A stretch of 55,825 nt of DNA, from the IMG/VR virus record IMGVR_UViG_3300017706_000806, positions 1-55,825 of that record, one strand, 5' to 3'. Shown here one piece after another: positions 35,601-44,600 of the stretch. The notes below the pieces were generated by a model. That model ran no database searches and was not told the DNA's origin. It saw only the letters and a program-made list of their open reading frames with translations. A program made the translations under genes and the position numbers. This DNA comes from a virus (taxonomy: Duplodnaviria > Caudoviricetes). Every line of letters begins with the position of its first letter. The stretch's first letter is position 1.

Positions 35601-38600
35601 TGGAGCTTGATAGGGTTCCCCATACTTTTCTAAATACTTTTTATACTCTTCTAAAGATATAGGTAGTCCTAATATTCGTAATGCTTTTATTCCTGATTCA
35701 CTTAAACCAGCTTCAGATGCAACTTCATCTTCAGCTGTATCTTCAATGTTTTGCATTTCAGCTGATTGTTCACTTTTATTAAATAGATTGTATGCCTCAG
35801 AATAAGTTGTCCCTGGTTTACCTACCTTTTCATTTACATAATTAATATACTCATCATACTTATCTTCAGTATTCTCAGCTTTACCGTATTCAACAAACTT
35901 TCTATCTTTAACATAAAAGTCTTTAATTTGAGCATATACTTTATCAATATCAAAATCCGCTCCTGATATTTCTACAAGCTCCTGAGCAAATGATGCAGAA
36001 GAACCATAAAATGCTGGTAAAAAATCTACATGTTTTATATTAACAGTTGAATGATTATCTTGAGATGGAATACGTATACCAAACATCTTAGATAATACAT
36101 CTGGCATTTCCATTCCTCCATTTTCTATTAAGTCCATTACACTTTGGAAATGAGCAGGCATAAGCATTTCAGTATATCTTAAGCCGGTAAACTCTCCATT
36201 GCTGTCATACTCTTTGACATCTGATCTTAAACGGTCAATTACAACAAGCCCTTCTTTAGGAAAGTTGCTTCTAGATAAAGTGTCAAACTCAACAATATCT
36301 GGTTTATTAGTAATCTTGTCCCAAACCTTTTCTCTTATGATTTCAGATCTATCTGGAATACCGTTTTCATCTACAGAGAAAACTCTTCTATAAACTTTCA
36401 TTCCAAAATCAGAAACTAATGTCAAGCTTAATCCAGGTTGCTTTTCAGCTAGAGAACCTTTACTCAGATAACTCAAAAACAACTGTTCAAACTTATTTAC
36501 AGTAATTGGATTATTTAAATTATATTTTTGTTCTCCTTCTTCAGTTGAGAAGAACTCTAATAATTGTGAGCTAGATTGAGAAGCTTTTAATCCTTCTGTT
36601 GCATATCTTAAAAAAGCTGTCAGATTAGGTGTAAGCTCACCTTTATCTTTTGAGATTGCTAATTCATCCATGGCACCATTAAAAGTAAAAATAAGGTTTC
36701 TCTTATTCTTAAAGTTTATCTCAACTCTCCTTGAAATGGCTTCATTATATAATCTTCTTACATCACCAACTTTCATCACCTCACCCTTTTCATTTAAACC
36801 CATTCCAGGTATTGGTGTTGAATCTATTTGTTCAGAAGTAACAAGTGCTTTAATTTGTGTTGGATCAATAGACTCTAATTTATTAGACGGTGTGGCAGAC
36901 TGAAGACCCATGTCCATTGCAGAAAGAGTTGTATAGTCTTTCTCATTAAATGGTTTATCTTGATTAATTCTGTCTAAAGGTTGAACTCTTTGCTTTAACA
37001 TCTTCAACGCACTTTCAGGTGCAGCTATACCAAGAGTTTCCTTTTTAGATTCAATCTCTTCAAGTCTATTTAAAAGATTATGTAGTCCTTCTCTATTTGG
37101 TTTAGCTTCATAAATAGTAGTACCATTTTCATCTGTCCCAATTGGGTTAGAAGTAAGCTGACGAGACAACATAAAAGCAGACATCTTTATAAAAGTAGTG
37201 CCATCAAAATACACAAGCTTCTTAGAATTAAGCATTGCATTATCTTGATTGACATAACCATCTAACCTAATAGGTTTCTCTTTTTTTGCTAATTCAAGTA
37301 CTTCAGTTCTAGCTTTGCTATCATCTATAAGTACTTCAACATTATCATTATCAAAAATCTTTTTACCTTTAACTATATATGTTTCTTCTTCTAACTTAAC
37401 AACCTTAGCGCTTTCTCCAAACATCTGCCAAGAAGTTACTTCCTCTCCCTGATCTATTTTGTCATATAAAGCTGCTATACTAGGTGTCAATTGACCAAAA
37501 CCAAAAGACATATATCTGCTAGCTTTGGGAGTCATCCACATCTGTGCATCAGCTACATCAATATTGTTTCCTGTTAATGCAGAAATCTCCTTAATCTCTT
37601 CTATTGCTATTAAGCTTATATCATCTACACTATGATTAATGCCTTGCTCAGGTGCACTGATAGAGCTGTATGCGCTTATGTATGCTGCATTTTGTGCCTT
37701 TGCTCTTTTAATTGCATCAACACCATTTTTTAAAGTAACTGCTTGATCACCCAAAAATATTTCATTTATTGCTTGAGTATTAATCCAGTCATTCAAAAAT
37801 ATTTGCTTCAAATTATAATCAAAATCATCAGTAAGATTTAACAAGTAGTTAGACTCTACTAATGCAGGAGTAGCTTTGCCACTTTTTCCAATCAAACCTT
37901 GTTTAATCTTTTGGCTAATTTGCATATCTACACCAAGACCTTCTAGCTCAGATTTGAACTCCTCAAACTGTAAATCTAATTTTTCTCTAACCTCAGATTT
38001 AAGCTGGTCCATTGTCACATCCCGTTCAAGTAATGCTTGCTCTAATGTGGTTCCATCAAAACGCTTAGCAATTTCCTCTAAGTTATTTTTCAAATCTGAA
38101 GTTAACAACAAAGAAGAATTATGTAATGTGTAAGCTTTCATTGGAAGAGGCTTTCCTTCCTCATTATATCCTTCTATATTATATCCAACAATTTGCTCCT
38201 CTGTTTTAGTATCAGGATTTGACTCTCTTTGAATACGCTTATATTCTGTATCAATACTATTTATATAAACATCAATTGCGTTATCAGTAATTTTAACAGC
38301 ACCAGAATTTCCACTTTCAAATTCTACAGCTCTAATGATAGGCATGTACATCATGTCTCCAGTGTTAGAAGACTCAAGTACTCTAATTAAACTTGGCGCT
38401 AATGCCACCTTTAATCTTTCATTTGTTATTGGATCAATTACTTCAACATAATCAACTTTATTTGATTTAGTATTGACCAGTGCTGTATAACTGTTTATTA
38501 AACTTGATGCAAACTCTTGAGGCGTAAAGTTTCCATAAGTAGATTTATATGATACACCTGATATATTTTCATTAATCTCTTCCTCTGTACTATTAAGTTC

Positions 38601-41600
38601 TCCAACTTTAGTACCTGCAACTCTTATTACACGCTGTCTTTTTTGATTAGACATCTCTATAAAAGCAGGATTATTTAAAAGATGATTGTTTTCTAAATAC
38701 AAATCTTCTTTTTTAGATTCTAATGTTGCGGGGTTATTTAATGCTTCAATTTGTTTTAAATGGAATGTTGGTTTCTGATGAGCATATACTAAATTACCTT
38801 CAGTATTTCTAAATACAGATAGTCCAATTGTTTCATCAAATGGAGCATTTCCCTGAGCAATCTTTACTAATCTAGATCTCATTCCATCTTCACCATCACT
38901 AAAGATATTTTCTTTATCTCTAACTAAAGTATACATCTCTCTAATAACTTGAGATGTAAGCGGTTCATCTTCATACTTGTGAAGATCAACCAATGCTTTT
39001 TGTTCATGATCTACTTCAGTTGTTTTTGTACCATCTTCATTTTCAATAGTTTCTGAAAAAACGTTACCTGCTTCAACTCTATTATATAAAATACTATACT
39101 TTAAATACTGAGCACTTATCCTTATACCTGTTAAATCAAATAATAATTTGCTATATTTTCTAGCATCTTCAGTGGCCGCTCTACTACTTTTTTTATCTGT
39201 TTGATTCAACAGCCCTATTAATTCTACTAATGTCTTTTCAGCTTTGCTTGCTGTAGAAGTATTTGACTTAATCTTCTTAAAAGCATCATTCCATGCCTGA
39301 GACCATTCATCTACTTGAGAGTTAATATCATCTCTTTGTGCAGCAGAATAAGTTATAATATTACCTAGTAAATCTCTTTGTGTAAATAAATAATCTACTC
39401 TAAAGTTTTCAAATGCTTTAGTAATAGATTGGAACAACAAAGGATCTTGCATCTTTGGTAAAGGGCTATCATTCAATAGTGTTTCTGTAGATACTCCTAT
39501 ATCTTGTAATATTCTAGCAACTACAGCACCTGTTGCTGCATTTTCCTGTCCAAAGAAATACATTGTTTGTAGCATCTTTTTTGGATCAGTAATGTTTTTA
39601 ACTGATTTTAAAAGGCCGTTGTATACTTCTGTAAAAGGAACAGGTATAATTAAAGGTTCTTTATCTTTAATCAGTTCTTTATTACCAAAGAAATCTGTTG
39701 CATCCATAGTAGTAGTAGCAATATATGCCCTAATCATTCTTGGTGTAGAATTTATTCCTCCAATTAAAGAGGCATCTGTATTCCATTGACTAGAAGCTCT
39801 AACACCAACAGCATCTTCAAAGTACTCAGTGTTATATTCCTCTTCAGCAATTTGACCATCTATAACATTTAATATATCATAAACCTGATCTTTAATAGAA
39901 TCATCATAATTATCAAATGCATTTGTTATGCTATCTAATATTTCTTTTTGTGTTTCAGATCTTTCTTTATTTACGTCACTTTCAGAATTATATAATTGAT
40001 AAAAATCATCAATTACCTCTTCCAAAATATCACCCCTGTTTGTGTTAGGTTTTGTAACTTTAGAAACTCTAGATAGATACATTGCTGCAATACTTCTAAT
40101 TAAAGGATCAGCTATTGAGCTATCTAAATAAAGGTAACCTTCATTATTACTATCTTTATCTGTAATCTTCTTATATGGTATTAATGCATTAGCTTCTAAT
40201 GTTACACCTGAAGATAAACCAGTAGTAAATTGATTTAACATTGTTGCTGAAGTTCTATATTTTCCTCCATCAATGTTTTCAAATAAAGTAAGCAGTTCAT
40301 TTTTATTATATGAATTGAAGAAAGATTTAATCCATTCTAAAATTCTAGTAAAGAAAGATTTAACAGAAGAGTCTGTTTTAGATGATCTTGGATTTGCTTT
40401 AAATTTTTCAAATTCATTTGCTAAATACTCTTCATAGTATTCTTGCTCTAATCTAGACCTACTCATATTTGAGTATGTGTCAGCTGATTTTCTAAACTTG
40501 TTGAGTTCTTGCTCAAAGTTTTTACCTTCAGCTCTTAAGTTAGCTCTAACTTCCTTTCTTGCAAATGATAAATATTTATTAATCTCTGCATCAGTTAATA
40601 GCATTCTAAAGACACCGTGAAATGCTTCATGGTATCTATATGGTGAATTAGCTCCTGTATACAATGTACCTGAAATATTCAAGCCTCCAGCTAAGTGATT
40701 TAGATTTAAACCAAATGCACCAACTCTTACCCCACCAGATTTCATATTATTACCTAAAGTATTAATATCTTCAATGCTAATAAAGTCAGGCAAATTTTCA
40801 CTAGCCCAAGCTACAAAGACATCAATATCTTCAACATCTTTTTGTGTTAATGCAGGTGCTATCTTATTGGCTATATTACCAAAGTTTTTAATTTCTTTAA
40901 GAAGTTTTTGGTACTCAGCACTTTTCTTTAATATCTTTCTATGCTTCTTTATGTCTTCACCAGCAACAAGTTTATCTTTAAGAGTATCTAGTTTCTGATT
41001 AAGCTTTTCTAATTCTGTAACCTCACTGCTAGTTGTATCTTCTTTTAAAATTTCTTCTACTTGCTCTGCCTTTTCTTCTCGCATAGCCTGCTCTTGAGCA
41101 GTAAGTTCTTTACCTGCTTTAATCTTATTTGCTATAGCATTAATACGGGCATCTGATACTGTAGCATTATCAGTAAATTCTCTAAACTCTTTCTCTGTAA
41201 CCTCACTAGTAAGTGTTTCTACTGTTTCTATACCTAGCTTTTGTTTTTGTTCAATAGTTAATTGAGCTATTTTTTTAGGATTGTTTATTTCAGCACCACT
41301 TATCTCTGATGTCTTTTTAACAATACCACCAAATGCAGCTACAACCAGTTCTTCAGCAGTTAATCCATCTCTAATAACTATATCATTGTCTGCAAGTCTT
41401 TGTTTAGTTTCTCTATCTTTATTTCCGTCTGCATCAAAAAACACAGATTCAGCTCTATCAAGTGAACCATCTAAGTAAGTTTTTACAGTTACCTCTACTG
41501 TAAAACCATTTTCTTGATTTACAGTAAATGTTTCTTTCTTTAAAACAACATTATCATCTTCAAACTTTTTTTCACTATTTATCTCAGCTGTATTACTTTC

Positions 41601-44600
41601 TTCAGCTATCTGCTCAAGAGTTTTAGTACTTTGTGTAGCTGTAGCAATCTTTTTAGCTTGTATAGATGCTGAGTCTGCACCTATCTCTATTTTAGATACT
41701 CCAGCTACTTGAGGTTTAGCATTCGTTCCAGTCTTTTCTATTAACTCATTAATACCAACTTCTCTTCCATATGACTTTTTAAAATTATTAGTTGATAATA
41801 CTAAACCTTTTTTGTTTCCTGCTTCAGCACTACTTGTTGAATTTTTAAATAAATCACTTTGATTTGCCTTAGCAAGTAAAGTATTTAATTTTGCCTTTAA
41901 TGTAGCTTTGCTATTAACTTCTGATTTGTCTAATGTAAAGTAAAAACGTTGCTCTCCGGTTAAAACTTGAAGCTGAACTTTACCATACATATCTACTTGC
42001 AAGCTAATATTAAGATTTCCATAGCCAGAAATAAATAACCCATCTCTTATAATCTGATTGGTCTTTGGATCTATTTTATCCTTTCTAAGTTCTTCATTAA
42101 ACTGGTTGTTGAATGTAGGATTTTTACCGTCTTTATTTTCCTTTTGAGTAAGTTGTGCTCTTTCAAACACTTCAACTAATAATGTATCTAATGATTCAGG
42201 AGAAAGAAATTGTGACTTTAAAGGAACCATTCTGTAAGTTCCGTCTGGTAAAAGAACTACTGCTTTGTATGCATCTGATCCTTGTAGTAAATTACTATTT
42301 AATTCTGATTTTCCTATAGCATTTTCTACTTTATTTTCTAAAGCTTCTAATTCAGTTCCTGATAAATTACTAATAGGAATTCTACCTCTTCCTGTACTTC
42401 CTTGTTCTAGCTGATAAATTAAATAGTTTCCTGAGTTATCTGCAGCACCTTCATTTACTAAATCTTTAATGCTTCTAGCTTCTTTATCATAAACAACATT
42501 ACCCAATATGGAATTAAAAAATAATCCTTCTGATAAATCATTTTGAGTGATAGTTAAAAATGATCCGTCTGGAACATTTTCCATTAACCTATCTACTTCA
42601 GATATCAACAAACCCTGCTTTGTCCAATTATCTCTAACCTTATCTAATATTTGAGCTTTAGTAAGTTTACTCTTTAATTTTTCTGTACTACCAATTACCT
42701 GATTTAACTGTTGTCTAGTCAAAGCCATTGGGTCTACACCTCCAAAAAACTGAAAGCTATCATTGGGCATATAAGCAAAAATCTTTGTATCTACACCATC
42801 ATTATCTAACTTAACAAACGCATTTGGTTTTCCATCTGAATCATTTGATGAAAACAAAGCATCAATCTTACTTTGTACAGCAGAACTACTGGTTCTAATA
42901 CCTATTTGATACTTTGATTTTTTATTAATAATATATGGATTAGGTTCAAGATTTCCATTACTATACTGAGTAGTTGTTAAACCTCCTTCAGGATCTTTCA
43001 TTACAACAAACTCTAACGTCTTTATATCCTCATAACTCAAGACATTTAAAATCTTATAATACCTATCCTTAGCCGCAGCCCAGTTATTCTCTCCTGGATT
43101 TTTACCACCATAGGGTGTAACAGGTTCTGAATATGTTATCCTAGAAACACTTGCTGGTAAAAGTTGAAAATCTTTGTCTTCAAGTTGATAAAACTCACCA
43201 AACTGACCAGCTTTTAAATTTATATATACACCATTATCTTTTTTCTCTTGTGAACTTAATGATACAGCAGATGCAGGTATTAATGTTAATCTTTCTCTTC
43301 GTATAACATTATCAGAATTGCTAAAAATAATATACTCTGCAGGGTTACCATTATCATCTTTTTCAGTTAGGCTATATACTTTTGTACCAAAAGATAAACC
43401 TTCAATACCATCAAAATCAAATGTGCCATCACTTGGCATATTTATCTTAAGTAGTTTCCAAGCATCTTTTGCTTTATCTTTTTCATTAAAAAAGTTAATG
43501 TCAGATGCTACACCTGCAGCTTGAAGCATGTCACCAGATATTTTTTCTCCTGTCTTAGAGTCAATAATCTCATATACATCACTTATGTTGCCTTCTGCAT
43601 CAGCCATCTTTTTAGTACGTACTGAAATAACAGAACCTCTTAACTCTGGCTCAATTCTATAATTGCTATTGCCTTCAAGATTTTCTCCAGTTTCAGATAA
43701 CGTTATATCCTGACCTGAGATATCTGCCAATGATATATTTAATGTATCTAATACTTGACCAACTAAATCATTATTTCTACCTTCTAAAGATGTTAACCAG
43801 TTCATCAAACCAGCATCATTATTTATCTGTTCTTGTGTAAGCTGTCTATCTGCACTTAAAACCTCTCTATCATTATTTATCCATATTTTTTTAATAGCAG
43901 TATATGCTTCTCTATAGGCTTCACCTTCTTGAGTATTAACCCAATCTTTATACTTAAGTGATTTTTTACGGATTATTGCTTGAGTGCGTTCATACTTTCT
44001 ATAAGCCCTTTTTAATATACTAGTTAAAACTTTTGATTCACCTGCAGGAATTTCAACATCAATATCTTTTATAATATCTTGAATGTCCTGTCTGTTTTCA
44101 GCTGTCTGAGCTTCCTCTGTTGCAGACTTTACTTCTTCTTGAGTTGGTGCCGCTGCTTTAGCGTATATAGCTTTTAATCTATTAATTTCATTAAATGCTA
44201 CAGGGTCATTTTGAGGACTTATTATACCTCGCTCATTATAAAAAACTGCTAAATCTTCTACGTTGTTTGTGCTAGCAAATTGAATAACGTCTTGAATCTC
44301 AGGAATAGGTGTTCCAAATTCTCCTTCTACTGAATCAATCTCATTAAACAATCTATTTTGCTCTACAGTATTTAAATATTTATCTAAAGACTCTCTAAAG
44401 ATTTTTTCTTTATTTCTATATATTGCTTTTATTTCTGTTTTGCTTCTTTCAAAAACTTCTTTAAATTTCTCAGGATTAGCTAAAGCCTCAATAGTTTTAT
44501 TATAAACTTTTGCTCTTCCTTCTAATGCACCATGATCAACAATTAATTTTAATGCTTCATCTATAGCGTCTTGATTAACAAATGATCCTGACTTCTTAGC

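Noticed and set aside
43400-43430. DFDGI in the polyprotein as an RNAP motif
   Set aside because: The third Asp is missing; the real motif is GADFDIDK at 35943-35957.
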